Assembly (NCBI GenBank): GCA_963836075.1
Contig: CAWIIB010000009.1
Coordinates: 2,304,001-2,368,000, forward strand
Origin: an uncultured Acidobacteriota bacterium
GTDB lineage: Bacteria; Acidobacteriota; JAQAZP01
Direction of reading: 5' to 3'
Length of the DNA: 64,000 nt
The first letter of the stretch is position 1, and every line of letters starts with the position of its first letter. A program made the position numbers and the translations under genes. This document shows, piece by piece, positions 18,787 through 32,253 of the stretch. The notes under the pieces were generated by a model, which worked only from the letters and a program-made list of their open reading frames with translations, did no database searches and was not told where the DNA came from.

Positions 18787-20742
18787 TTACGGGTTCTCCG
18801 CTTTCCGCAATTCTTCCTTGATCCAGTTCTCCATCCCGCCCGCGGCCACCACCGACTGGGGTACCGTGGAGAGAGGCTGGAACCTGAACCGCTGACCGTC
18901 GAACTCCACCTCGGAGGCCGTGATGTCCACCGTGATCTCCTGGCCGGTGTTTACCGTGGCGGCACCGGGGTCGGGGTGGGCCTGGCGGAGGTGGTCCAGC
19001 AACCCGGGGCATTCGATGCAGATGAAACCGTTGTTGATCGCATTCCGTTTGTAGGTCTGGGAGAAGGAACCGGCAATCACCAGCTGGATGCCGGCGAACT
19101 TGAGGCAGGTGGCGGCCTGCTCCCGGGAACTGCCGCAACCGAAGTTCATCCCGCCGATGATGATGTCGCCGCTGCCGGCGATGGTGCGGAAATCCGGGTC
19201 GTAGTTCTCGAAGGCCTTTTCCGCCATCTCCTCGGTGGACAGGTCATCGGTGTAGGTCCATTTCCCGGCGTAGATCCCGTCGGTATTCAGATTGTCTGCC
19301 GGCAGGTAGAGCAACCGGCCCTTCATCCGCCGGGGGAAGCCGCTGATGGTTTCCACCGTGGCGGTTGGGCCGGACTTGTCCTCTCCGTGGCGTTCGATGC
19401 TGGCTGACAGGGTGGACGGTGTCCCCGCGGTAACCGGCCCGGTGATCCGGCCGGCGACGGCCGACGCGGCCACCACCACCGGAGAGGCCAGGTAGGCCTG
19501 GGCCGAACGGTGACCCATCCGGCCTTTGAAGTTGCGGTTGGTGGCCGAAATGCCGGTTTCGCCCTCCTTCAGCGTCCCCGCCCCGAGGCCGATACAGGTT
19601 CCGCACCCGGGCGGCAGGGTGATCGCTCCGGCATCGATGAACGTCTGCCAGATGCCCTGTTCTTCCGCCGCCGACTGCACCGAGGCGGACGCGGCGGCGA
19701 CGTAAAACTCCACACCCTCGGCCACCCGTTTCCCGGCCACCACCTCCGCGGCCGCATTGAGGTCCTCCAGTCTGGCATTGACGCAGGAGAGCAGGTAGGC
19801 CTTCTGGATCGGGATCTTCCGCTTGACGATGTCGGATAGCGGGAAGGCCTCCCGGACCCCGTCGGGGCCGGTGACCCTCACCGAGACCGTGGAGAGGTCG
19901 AGGGTGATGTCCGCCGCATAGCGGGCGTTCGGGTCGGGGCGGAACCAGTCGGTTTCGAAGCAGCGCACCTCTTCCTCCCGCAGCCGCGGGTTGGGGGAGA
20001 GAAGCATCCGTTTCGCCTGATCGAGGAGATAATCACGGGTCTTCTCGTCAAAGGGGAAGAAGGCGGCCAGGGCCCCCCATTCGGTGGACATGTTGGCGAT
20101 GGTCATCCGTTCAGCGATGGAGAGGGAGGAGACGCCCTCGCCGCAGAATTCCAGGGCGCAGTTGAGCACTTCGTCGTTGTTGAAGGTGCCGCAGAGCGTG
20201 ATGATCACGTCCTTGCCGCTGGCCTCCGCCGGCAGTTCTCCGGTGAGGCGGACCCGCACCACCTGGGGCACCTGCCACCAGGTTTCGCTGCTGGCCCAGA
20301 TGGCGGCGGCATCGGTGCGAACCACCGGAGTCCCCACCGCGGCCAGGGCTCCGTAGATGTTGGAGTGGGAGTCGGAGGCCACCACCAGCGAACCCGGGGT
20401 GACAAAGCCTTCCTCAAGCATCAACTGGTGGCCGATGCCGGCGCCGGCGGGATAGGCGGTGATGCCCTGGGCCAGGGCGAACTCGGCGATGGTCCGGTAC
20501 TTGGCCAGGTTTTTTTCTGAACGGTCCTGGACGTTGTGGTCCAGGGTGAACACCGGCTGTTCCGGCAGGGCGACATGCTCGGCGCCGATGGAGCGGAATT
20601 TGGGGATCACCGCCCCGGTGTTGTCGTGGGTCATCACGTGTTTCGGCCGGACAAAGATGTAGTCGCCGGAACGCACACTGGTGTCGGGCGCCAGCCGGAC
20701 GGCATGGTGCTGAGCGATTTTTTCGATGGAATTCTGAGCCAT
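18787..20742 (-). CDS. lysF: Homoaconitase, single-chain (large and small subunit fused, fungal LYS4-like)
   Basis: HVMTHDN, VASDSHSN.YG, TPVVRTDAA.IW, SCVN, CGTCIGLG, NRNFKGRMG, NTDGIY.GK, NFGCGSSREQAA. Confidence 0.85.
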   Translation of the reverse strand: MAQNSIEKIAQHHAVRLAPDTSVRSGDYIFVRPKHVMTHDNTGAVIPKFRSIGAEHVALPEQPVFTLDHNVQDRSEKNLAKYRTIAEFALAQGITAYPAGAGIGHQLMLEEGFVTPGSLVVASDSHSNIYGALAAVGTPVVRTDAAAIWASSETWWQVPQVVRVRLTGELPAEASGKDVIITLCGTFNNDEVLNCALEFCGEGVSSLSIAERMTIANMSTEWGALAAFFPFDEKTRDYLLDQAKRMLLSPNPRLREEEVRCFETDWFRPDPNARYAADITLDLSTVSVRVTGPDGVREAFPLSDIVKRKIPIQKAYLLSCVNARLEDLNAAAEVVAGKRVAEGVEFYVAAASASVQSAAEEQGIWQTFIDAGAITLPPGCGTCIGLGAGTLKEGETGISATNRNFKGRMGHRSAQAYLASPVVVAASAVAGRITGPVTAGTPSTLSASIERHGEDKSGPTATVETISGFPRRMKGRLLYLPADNLNTDGIYAGKWTYTDDLSTEEMAEKAFENYDPDFRTIAGSGDIIIGGMNFGCGSSREQAATCLKFAGIQLVIAGSFSQTYKRNAINNGFICIECPGLLDHLRQAHPDPGAATVNTGQEITVDITASEVEFDGQRFRFQPLSTVPQSVVAAGGMENWIKEELRKAENP

Positions 20743-20809
20743 GCGGACCCTCCAGCTGTGAGGGAGGCCCGGTGGGTGTTCCGCACCGTCACCGGAACCT
20801 GCCGTTCAC

Positions 20810-20835
20810 AGATATTCTGAGAAAAAAGAATATCT
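20810..20835. promoter_or_regulatory. Candidate operator (perfect 9-bp inverted repeat) upstream of homoaconitase
   Basis: AGATATTCT-N8-AGAATATCT, AT-rich in a GC-rich background. Confidence 0.4.
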
Positions 20836-20865
20836 TATCCTGCTGTGCCGGAATCTTCCAGTGGA

Positions 20866-24771
<3,906 letters not shown>

Positions 24772-24939
24772 TCCGGACGCACCCCGCCTTTCTGGAGATT
24801 CGGTACCTCCATCATGCCAGTCGGTCCTCCCTTTCCCTATCGGTGCAAACCGGTGCGGATATAACTGCCGGGGTTGCGAAAAGCGGGTTCCTGGCGGTGA
24901 ACTTTCTTTTGCGGCCAGCGGGGGAGGCCCGGATCGCGG

Positions 24940-25560
24940 TCAGTGGATCAGCCTGGCCGCCCGGGAATTTTTCAGCGCCTGGCAGAGGACACTCACCAGT
25001 TGCGGAGCGAGGCTGCGGCGAACCGAAAGTTTCAGCCGCACCGTATCGCCGTAGTCGCTGGCCAGTTTGGCCGCTCCAAACCGGCTGAGCAGCGGTTCCA
25101 CCAGCCCGGTCTGCGGGAAACCGAAGGTCACTTCCAGGACGGCCGTTCGGTGACGGACCACCCGTGGCGCATGCTCCAGTGCCAGGCCGGCGGCGTCCCG
25201 GTAGGCCCGGGCCAGGCCTCCGGTGCCCAGCTTGATGCCGCCGAAATACCGTGTCACCACCACCAGGGTGTCGGTGAGGCCGGCGGAGGCGATGGCGAAG
25301 AGTATGGGCCGGCCGGCCGTGCCGGAGGGTTCTCCGGCGTCGCTGGACGCTTCGGCGCCAGCGGAGAGGCGGAAGGCCCAGCAGTGGTGGGTGGCATCGT
25401 GCATTTCACGGGAGATGGCGGCCAGGGCGCTCCGGGCTTCGTCGGGGGTCAGAGCCGGTTGGGCCGCGGCGATAAAGCGGGAGGATCGGATTCGTACTTC
25501 TTCCCGGTGGGGGGCGGAGAGGGTGACGTAGCGGTCCGGATCCTGTGCCGCCTCGCTCAT
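24940..25560 (-). CDS. yigZ: YigZ/IMPACT family protein
   Basis: SRFIA, ATHHCWA, SD.GEPSGTAG.P, VTRYFGGIKLGTGGL.RAY. Confidence 0.92.
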   Translation of the reverse strand: MSEAAQDPDRYVTLSAPHREEVRIRSSRFIAAAQPALTPDEARSALAAISREMHDATHHCWAFRLSAGAEASSDAGEPSGTAGRPILFAIASAGLTDTLVVVTRYFGGIKLGTGGLARAYRDAAGLALEHAPRVVRHRTAVLEVTFGFPQTGLVEPLLSRFGAAKLASDYGDTVRLKLSVRRSLAPQLVSVLCQALKNSRAARLIH

Positions 25561-26684
25561 TGAATCAGCAGCCTCCGGTACAGTTCCTCGTAGAGATTCA
25601 CCACGCTGTCCGGGGAGAACTGTTCATGGGCCACCATCCGGCCAGTCTCACCCATGGACCTCCGCAGGTCATCGTCGCCCAGCAGTTTGAGGGCGTTGGC
25701 GGCCATGGAGTTCACGTCGCCGATGGGGGAGAGGTAGCCGGTCTTCCCGTGGCTCACCACTTCAGGCAGTCCGCCGGCGTTGGTGCCGATCACCGGCACG
25801 CCGCAGCCCAGGGCCTCCAGGGCCACCAGACCGAAGCTCTCCGATGCGCTGGGCAGCAGGAGGAGGTGGGAATTGTTGAGAATCTCGGCGACGTTGGCCT
25901 GTTTGCCCAGAAAGAGCACGTCGCAACAAGCGTCCCGCTCCCTGCAGATCTCCTCGGCCTTTGAGCGTTCCGGCCCGTCCCCGATGAAGACCATTTTCGC
26001 CGACATCTGCTCCCTGACCTTGAAGAAGATGGCCAGCACGTCCTCGATCCGCTTCACCGGGCGAAAGTTCGAGATGTGCACCAGAACCTTGGCCGTGGGG
26101 TCGATGGGGAACCACGGCTCGCCGTTTTCCGAGGTGTTGTCCAGAATGTCCCGGGGCAGGAAGTTGCCGATCACCTCGATGGGGGTGGCGATGGAAAAGG
26201 TGTCCAGGGTGACCTGGCGCAGATACTGCGAGACCGCGGTCACCGCATCGCTCAGTTCGATGCCGTACCGAGTGACTTCAAGGTAGCTGCGGTCGTTGCC
26301 CACCAGGGTGATGTCGGTGCCGTGGAGGGTGGTGATCACCTTGAGGTTGATCCGCTTTCGCCGCAGCATGTCCCGGGCCAGCAGTCCGCTGATGGCGTGG
26401 GGGATGGCGTAGTGCACATGCACCAGGTCGAGTTTTTCGTGTTCCGCCACTTCGGCGATTTTGGTGGCCAGGGCCAGCGAGTAGGGCGGGTACTGGAACA
26501 GGGGATAGGCGAAGACCTTCACTTCGTGGAAGAAGATCCGTTTTCCCGGGGGGAAGATCCGGGCCGGCACGTCGTAGCTGATGAAGTGAATATTGTGCCC
26601 CCGGCGGGAGAGCTCCTTGCCCAGTTCGGCGGCCACGATGCCGCTGCCGCCAAAGGTGGGGTAACAGACCATGCCGATATTCAT
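25557..26684 (-). CDS. bshA: N-acetylglucosaminyl L-malate synthase
   Basis: CYPTFGGSG.VA.ELG, HVHYAIPHA, TTLHGTDIT, HISNFRPVKR, ESFGL. Confidence 0.95.
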   Translation of the reverse strand: MNIGMVCYPTFGGSGIVAAELGKELSRRGHNIHFISYDVPARIFPPGKRIFFHEVKVFAYPLFQYPPYSLALATKIAEVAEHEKLDLVHVHYAIPHAISGLLARDMLRRKRINLKVITTLHGTDITLVGNDRSYLEVTRYGIELSDAVTAVSQYLRQVTLDTFSIATPIEVIGNFLPRDILDNTSENGEPWFPIDPTAKVLVHISNFRPVKRIEDVLAIFFKVREQMSAKMVFIGDGPERSKAEEICRERDACCDVLFLGKQANVAEILNNSHLLLLPSASESFGLVALEALGCGVPVIGTNAGGLPEVVSHGKTGYLSPIGDVNSMAANALKLLGDDDLRRSMGETGRMVAHEQFSPDSVVNLYEELYRRLLIQ

Positions 26685-27469
26685 CGTCCCTCCTCCTCCG
26701 GCTCAGCTGATTCGGGGAAGAGCTCCATCGGGTCATTCACCAGTGGCGGCAGGCGGGTCAGGAACGGTTCGCCGTGATCGACACCGGCCAGCGAACCGAA
26801 CCACTTCGAGCGGGCCAGCAACTGCTCCATGAACCGCGGGGTGCTGATGGGGGTTGCCGGCCCGCCGCTGTCCGGCTCGAGGTCCGCCGACCCGCCCTCC
26901 AGAACTCCGGTGGCGAACTGGGTGCGGTAACTGGCGATGGCCCGCTCCTTCACCGCCTGGTCCTCGCTCACGTCCACCACCAGGGATGGTGTGAATGGGT
27001 GGTGGCACATGTAATGCAGCAGGCCGCTGACCCGGTGGGGCGGCTGGCCGGTGTCCACCTTCTCCAGACCGGCCTGGAAGGCGGCGGCGCGGATCAGCAG
27101 TGCGGCCAGTTCGTGGTCCGGGTGGCGGTCCTCGGAGTGCGGCAGTAGCAGCAGGCGGGGCCTCAGCTCCCTGATCGCTCCGATCACCGCCCGCCGGTTG
27201 GCCGCGGTGTTCTCCAGGCCGCCGTCGGCCAGACCGAGATTGATCCGCTGCTGGACACCGAGCGCCTGCGCCGCTGCTTTCGCTTCGGCCTTGCGGGTTT
27301 CCGGAGTTCCGCGGCTGGAGAGTTCGCCCTCGGTGAGATCGACGATGGCGGTGCGGTATCCCAACCGGACCAGCCTGGCCACCGTCCCGCCGCAGAACAG
27401 TTCCACATCGTCGGGGTGCGGGCCAAAGGCCGCCGCGTGGAAGGGTGCGCCAACCGTGGGGGATGTCAT
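26681..27469 (-). CDS. bshB1: Bacillithiol biosynthesis deacetylase
   Basis: PHPDDVEL, DLT.GE..RG, DRHPDH; lies between bshC and bshA. Confidence 0.92.
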   Translation of the reverse strand: MTSPTVGAPFHAAAFGPHPDDVELFCGGTVARLVRLGYRTAIVDLTEGELSSRGTPETRKAEAKAAAQALGVQQRINLGLADGGLENTAANRRAVIGAIRELRPRLLLLPHSEDRHPDHELAALLIRAAAFQAGLEKVDTGQPPHRVSGLLHYMCHHPFTPSLVVDVSEDQAVKERAIASYRTQFATGVLEGGSADLEPDSGGPATPISTPRFMEQLLARSKWFGSLAGVDHGEPFLTRLPPLVNDPMELFPESAEPEEEGR

Positions 27470-27514
27470 CGTCTGGTCACTCCTTTCATCCGCTCGTTCC
27501 GTGCCGTGGTCCGG

Positions 27515-29185
27515 TCAGCGTAAGGCCACCATCTGGTGCGCATCGCAGCATGGCTCCACCACCGCCAGCAGATCGTCCAGCAACCCCATGCCGTGGCGGC
27601 AGATGAAGGGCAGGCCGGAGAGCGCCCGTTCCTGCGGCTTTTCCTTCGGGCGCAGCGTGTTCAACGTACGCTCCAGGGCGTCGAAGGTGGTGCGTTCGCG
27701 GCGCTGCAATGCTGAGCGAACTTTTCTCTCCACCTTGTCCAGGCCTTTCAAACCGCCTCCGCGTATCTTGCCCACCGGGCCGGTCAGTGTCTTGTCCAGG
27801 GGAGTGAGCGCATCCTCCAGATCGTCGAGCAGCGCGCCCAGCCGGTGACGGGCCTGCTCCAGGGATTCGAACAGGCCGGGGTCAGCTGTCTCCCGGAGCA
27901 GGCGGGGGCGAAGTTCCTCGGAACGGAGCAGGGCGGCGGCCGGTTCAACTGCGTACTTTACCAGGAACCGTTCTGCCGCCTGATCGATGATGGTGAAGGA
28001 TGGCCGGTGGATCACTGCCGGGGCGCTCATCCCCACCACCGGGTAGAGAGCCGCCGACTGGGCCAGGTACGCCGTTTCGCCCGGGCCACCCACGTAGGCT
28101 GCAGTGGGGAAAAGGTGGTCCTGGAACAGGCAGCGGGTCAGGGCGCTGCCACTGAATCGCCACGGTTCCGCTTCCGCCAGCTCTGCCAGCCGTTCCCGGT
28201 CAATGGCCGGTCCCTGTAAACCGCCCAACACCAGGGGGGATTCCGCCTCACCCTGCCGCTGGCGAAGAATGGCCCGTCGCCGTCCCTCGTCGTCGATGAG
28301 AAAGAGCCCGGTACGGCCTTGCCGAGGAGCTACCTGCAGCGGGTATCCCCTGGTTTCCAGCAAGTCTTCCCGCTTGCTCAGTGCCAGCTCCAGCGGGAAT
28401 ATCTGCCGCAGGAAACGGTCCAGCAGCGGCCTGGTGAGGGATTTGATTTCGCGCTGGGAGGGATCGACCATGATCAACCCGTAACGGCCGAAAAGTCGTG
28501 ACATCAGCCGGCCGAATCCTTCCGCCAGGCTGCCCGATTTTTCGTAAGCCTCGAGGAACGGAGCCAGGGGTTCTGCTGCGCCCTGAAATCGGTCCCGCAG
28601 GACCCCCGCTACGTCCGCCAGGTCGCCGATGGTCCTGGCCGAAATGGGACGCCCGTCCTCCGTCTCGTTGTCGGGGAGCGTTGCCGTTTCGATATCTCCG
28701 CTGCCCGCGGTGAGATACGTAAATCGTTGGACCTCCCTGAAATCGTGATCATCGGCAGCGATCCAGAAGACCGGCACGGCGTCCACTCCGTTTTCGCTCA
28801 GATACCGCGCCGCCCGGATGGCTCCCAGCGCCTTGTACAAGGTGTAGAGCGGCCCGCCCAGAAAGCCGGCCTGCTGGCCGGTGACCACGGCCATGGTTCC
28901 CGGACTGGCCAACTTGCCAATGGCTTCCGCTGTTTCGTCCCCGCCCCCCAACTGTCGGTTCTGCTGGTGGAGGATCCGGGCCAGCTGGTCCCGCGGCGCC
29001 GCTTCTTCTCCCTCCTCCAGCGCCTGCCGGCGCGCCGCGGCCGCCCGGCACAGCTGGTCCGGAGTCCGGGCGGGGTGCGGGTAAATGGAGGGGAAGAGAT
29101 CGGGCCGGCCTTCGAGGAAATGGCGGGCCAGTTCCCCTGTTTCGGGATATCGACCCGGGGGCAGACTGCCGATGGTGGTGATCAT
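27515..29185 (-). CDS. bshC: Bacillithiol biosynthesis cysteine-adding enzyme
   Basis: VVTGQQ.G..GGPLYT.YKA, PVFW.A.DDHDF.E, YVGGPGE.AY, PQER. Confidence 0.93.
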   Translation of the reverse strand: MITTIGSLPPGRYPETGELARHFLEGRPDLFPSIYPHPARTPDQLCRAAAARRQALEEGEEAAPRDQLARILHQQNRQLGGGDETAEAIGKLASPGTMAVVTGQQAGFLGGPLYTLYKALGAIRAARYLSENGVDAVPVFWIAADDHDFREVQRFTYLTAGSGDIETATLPDNETEDGRPISARTIGDLADVAGVLRDRFQGAAEPLAPFLEAYEKSGSLAEGFGRLMSRLFGRYGLIMVDPSQREIKSLTRPLLDRFLRQIFPLELALSKREDLLETRGYPLQVAPRQGRTGLFLIDDEGRRRAILRQRQGEAESPLVLGGLQGPAIDRERLAELAEAEPWRFSGSALTRCLFQDHLFPTAAYVGGPGETAYLAQSAALYPVVGMSAPAVIHRPSFTIIDQAAERFLVKYAVEPAAALLRSEELRPRLLRETADPGLFESLEQARHRLGALLDDLEDALTPLDKTLTGPVGKIRGGGLKGLDKVERKVRSALQRRERTTFDALERTLNTLRPKEKPQERALSGLPFICRHGMGLLDDLLAVVEPCCDAHQMVALR

Positions 29186-29940
29186 GCGAATTCCTTGCGG
29201 CCGGTGAGAATCATCCTCGGCGCGGTGGGGCCATAGGCGGCTCCCGCGGCAAAATCGCCGTGCACGCCATCCAGGATCAGACCGGATCCGGCGATCATCC
29301 CGGCCATCTCGTCCCGGGTGTAGAGTCGCACCGACTCGCGATAGGTCTGCTCCCTGCCGCCGGGGGCCCTGATCAGTATATCCTTCTCCACCCGTCCGGT
29401 CTCCTCATCCACCCGCCGGCGTTGCCGCACGTCGCTGCCGTCGGGAAGGCTGGTGCGGCTCTCCGGCACCAGGGTGGCCCGCACCTGGTCCGGGTTGAGG
29501 TAGTCAACCAGGAATCGCCCGCCCGGCAGCAGCACCGAGGCGATGGCGTCGAGGATCAGCCGGTTCTCCTCGTCGGTGGAGAAGTAGCCGAAGCTGGTGA
29601 AAAAGTTGGTCACCAGGCCGAAGACCGGCCCGAAGGGCAGCCGGCGCATGTCGCACCGGGCCAGTTGGTACCCGTGGCCGGAAGAGGCCTCGTTGGTGCC
29701 GGCAGCCTGGGCCAGCAGCGCCGCCGAGAGGTCCACGCCCACCACCCGGAAGCCCTTCGCGGCCAGCAGGCGGGTGTGGCGCCCGGCCCCGCAGCAGAGG
29801 TCGAGAACCCGGGTGTCCCGGCCCAGGCCGTCCAGGGTCTGGAGCAGGAAATCCACCTGTCGCTCTGCCTCGGCGGAGTCGCGGTGCGGGTAGAGCCGGA
29901 TGTAGTCCAGCCCGAACCAGTTGGCATACCAGTCTTCCAT
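29182..29940 (-). CDS. Class I SAM-dependent methyltransferase, candidate bacillithiol N-methyltransferase (NmbA-like)
   Basis: VLDLCCGAGRH, FFTSFGYF; stop overlaps the bshC start. Confidence 0.85.
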   Translation of the reverse strand: MEDWYANWFGLDYIRLYPHRDSAEAERQVDFLLQTLDGLGRDTRVLDLCCGAGRHTRLLAAKGFRVVGVDLSAALLAQAAGTNEASSGHGYQLARCDMRRLPFGPVFGLVTNFFTSFGYFSTDEENRLILDAIASVLLPGGRFLVDYLNPDQVRATLVPESRTSLPDGSDVRQRRRVDEETGRVEKDILIRAPGGREQTYRESVRLYTRDEMAGMIAGSGLILDGVHGDFAAGAAYGPTAPRMILTGRKEFA

Positions 29941-30010
29941 GAACAGGGTCTCCAGGTCAAACGTGAAAACCGCTGGCGCAACACCCATTTATAGCACATA
30001 GACGGTTACC

Positions 30011-30039
30011 TTGACTCCCCCCCGGCAGGCCACTAGACT
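30011..30039 (+). promoter_or_regulatory. Putative sigma-70 promoter
   Basis: TTGACT-17 nt-TAGACT. Confidence 0.6.
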
Positions 30040-30111
30040 CGATCCTGTTCACCCACCGACCAGAGGTCATTGACCAGAACCGCCGGCATGATGATACGTC
30101 AGGAGAGGATC

Positions 30112-32181
30112 ATGGCCCTTCGCTATTCACCAGTGGAAATGTTCGCCCGGATCATACCGGTTCTCCTGCTGCTTGCGGCGGTTGGCTGCGGCAGCCCGCC
30201 GGGATCAGAAGAAAACGCTGACGGGGCGGCGGGGTTGACCACCCCACTGTTGGCCGAGATCTGCCGCTTCGAGGACCGCCGGACACCGGTGGCGGATCGT
30301 TTCGACGAGTTTGCCGCGCACCCCGACCCGGCGGTCAGGGCGCGGGCGGCCCTGGCCCTGGGGCGGATCGGCGACCCGCGGTCGGATCCGTTGATTCAGG
30401 CGCTGCTGGAAGACGAGGATTCCGGTGTGCGGGGCGAGGCGGCTTTTGCCGCCGGGCTGGCCGGTGACCCGGCCCTGGAACCGGCGCTCCGCCGACGGTT
30501 GGACGACGATGACCCGCAGGTCCGCGGCCTGGCGGTCCAGGCCCTGCTGCGGCTGGGCCCGGGGGATCAGGGCCCGGGTCCGCTGGCCGATCTGCTGCTG
30601 GAACGGGTGGGCGATGAGCCCGGTGATGAACTGCAGATGCTGCTGGGCAATGCCTGGCGTCTGGACGGTGATCACGGGTTGGACGATCTGCTGGTGGGGT
30701 GGGCCGCCAAACCGGCGGACGCCGGAGGGCGGCAACGGCTGGCGGCCATCTACAGCCTGGCCCGCAGCGGAGAACCGGCGGCCGCCCCGCTGTTCATCCG
30801 CCTGCTGGACGACGAGGATCCGGCGGTGCGGGCCCTGGCGGCCCGGGGCCTCGGGGCGGCCGGCGCCAGGGGTGTGGATCCGGCGGTGGCCGGTGCCGCG
30901 GTGGCCGGTGCTCTAGCTGGCGAGGACCACTGGCTTGTCCTGGTGGAAGGGTGGGGCGCCCTGGGCCGCCTCGGCTTTGCACCGAAAGCGGACGTGCACT
31001 GCCGGGCCATGGGCGACCGCCACCCCCAGGTCCAGACCGCCGCCATCCGGGCCGCCGGCTCGATGGCCGATGCGGGCGATGAGGTCCGGACGTGGCTGGC
31101 GGCCCTCCTCGGCGCGGACGAGCCGGGGGTGGCCCCGGATGCCGCCGAGGCCCTGGCCCGTCTGGGCGACCCCCGGGGCCTGCGCTGGGGATTGGAGGCC
31201 ACCCGATCACCGGAGCCGTTCAGGCGCGGGGATGCGGCAGCGGTGCTGGCCCACTTTGCCTCGGTTGACGGTGCTCGCGCCGCCCTGCGGTCGTTGCTGG
31301 GTGATGAGGCCGGGAGCGTTGTGCGCGCAGCGCTCACCGCGGTGGCCGGCGCCGGCCGCTCGGCAGATTTCCAGGAGGACATCACCCGGATCCTGATCGA
31401 GGGCCGCGATCCCCTGACGCGGGCGGCGGCGGCCGAAGCGCTGGGCGCCCTGGGGGATCCGGCGTCCTCGCTGCCCCTGCTCCTGGCGGCCGACCTGCGG
31501 GAGTCGAAGCAGAAAGCGGTCGATTGTCGCCTCTCCGTCCTGGGGCTGCTGGCCGGCCACCCGGACAACCCGGATGTGGTGCAGGCGGTGCAGCGGGGTC
31601 TGGAGGGACGGGACCGGCTGGTCCGGCAGCGGGCCGCCGAAATCCTGACCGGCTGGGGGCGGCGGGCGGAGATCCCCGCCGGGGTTTGCGAGGAACGGGG
31701 CAAGCCGCAACTGGACCGCTACCTCCGGGCGGCGGAACTGTATCACCGCCGAGTGAGGGCCCGGATCGACACCGCTCACGGGGCGATCATCCTGGATCTC
31801 TTCCCGAAGGAAGCGCCGCTCAACGTGCTCAACTTTCTCGAACTGGCCCGGGACGGGTATTTTGACGGCACACGGTTCCACCGGGTGGTGCCCGGGTTCG
31901 TGCTCCAGGGCGGCGATTCCCAGGGGGACGGGTGGGGCGGTCCGGGGTATGCCATCCGTTGCGAGAACAGCCGCCTGCAGTATGATCGCGGCATGGTGGG
32001 CATGGCCCTGTCGGGCAAGGACACCGGGGGGAGCCAGTTTTTCATCACCCTCGCCCCCCAACCGCATCTCGACGGACGGTACACCATCTTCGGGAGGGTG
32101 GCCGAAGGGATGGACGTGGTGGACCGGATCCGCCGCGGGGAGCGCATCACCACGGTGCGAATGATGGTTGACCCCGCCTGA
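30112..32181 (+). CDS. Lipoprotein with HEAT repeats and C-terminal cyclophilin-type PPIase
   Basis: Lipobox-like AAVG-C; HEAT repeats; FHRVVPGFV.QGGD and DTGGSQFFI motifs. Confidence 0.88.
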   Translation: MALRYSPVEMFARIIPVLLLLAAVGCGSPPGSEENADGAAGLTTPLLAEICRFEDRRTPVADRFDEFAAHPDPAVRARAALALGRIGDPRSDPLIQALLEDEDSGVRGEAAFAAGLAGDPALEPALRRRLDDDDPQVRGLAVQALLRLGPGDQGPGPLADLLLERVGDEPGDELQMLLGNAWRLDGDHGLDDLLVGWAAKPADAGGRQRLAAIYSLARSGEPAAAPLFIRLLDDEDPAVRALAARGLGAAGARGVDPAVAGAAVAGALAGEDHWLVLVEGWGALGRLGFAPKADVHCRAMGDRHPQVQTAAIRAAGSMADAGDEVRTWLAALLGADEPGVAPDAAEALARLGDPRGLRWGLEATRSPEPFRRGDAAAVLAHFASVDGARAALRSLLGDEAGSVVRAALTAVAGAGRSADFQEDITRILIEGRDPLTRAAAAEALGALGDPASSLPLLLAADLRESKQKAVDCRLSVLGLLAGHPDNPDVVQAVQRGLEGRDRLVRQRAAEILTGWGRRAEIPAGVCEERGKPQLDRYLRAAELYHRRVRARIDTAHGAIILDLFPKEAPLNVLNFLELARDGYFDGTRFHRVVPGFVLQGGDSQGDGWGGPGYAIRCENSRLQYDRGMVGMALSGKDTGGSQFFITLAPQPHLDGRYTIFGRVAEGMDVVDRIRRGERITTVRMMVDPA

Positions 32182-32253
32182 GGCCTGCCCTATGATTATC
32201 GCTTTCAAAGCGCCGGCCCGGTTTTCGGGCTGATCCGCAGTGTCAGCAGGGGA

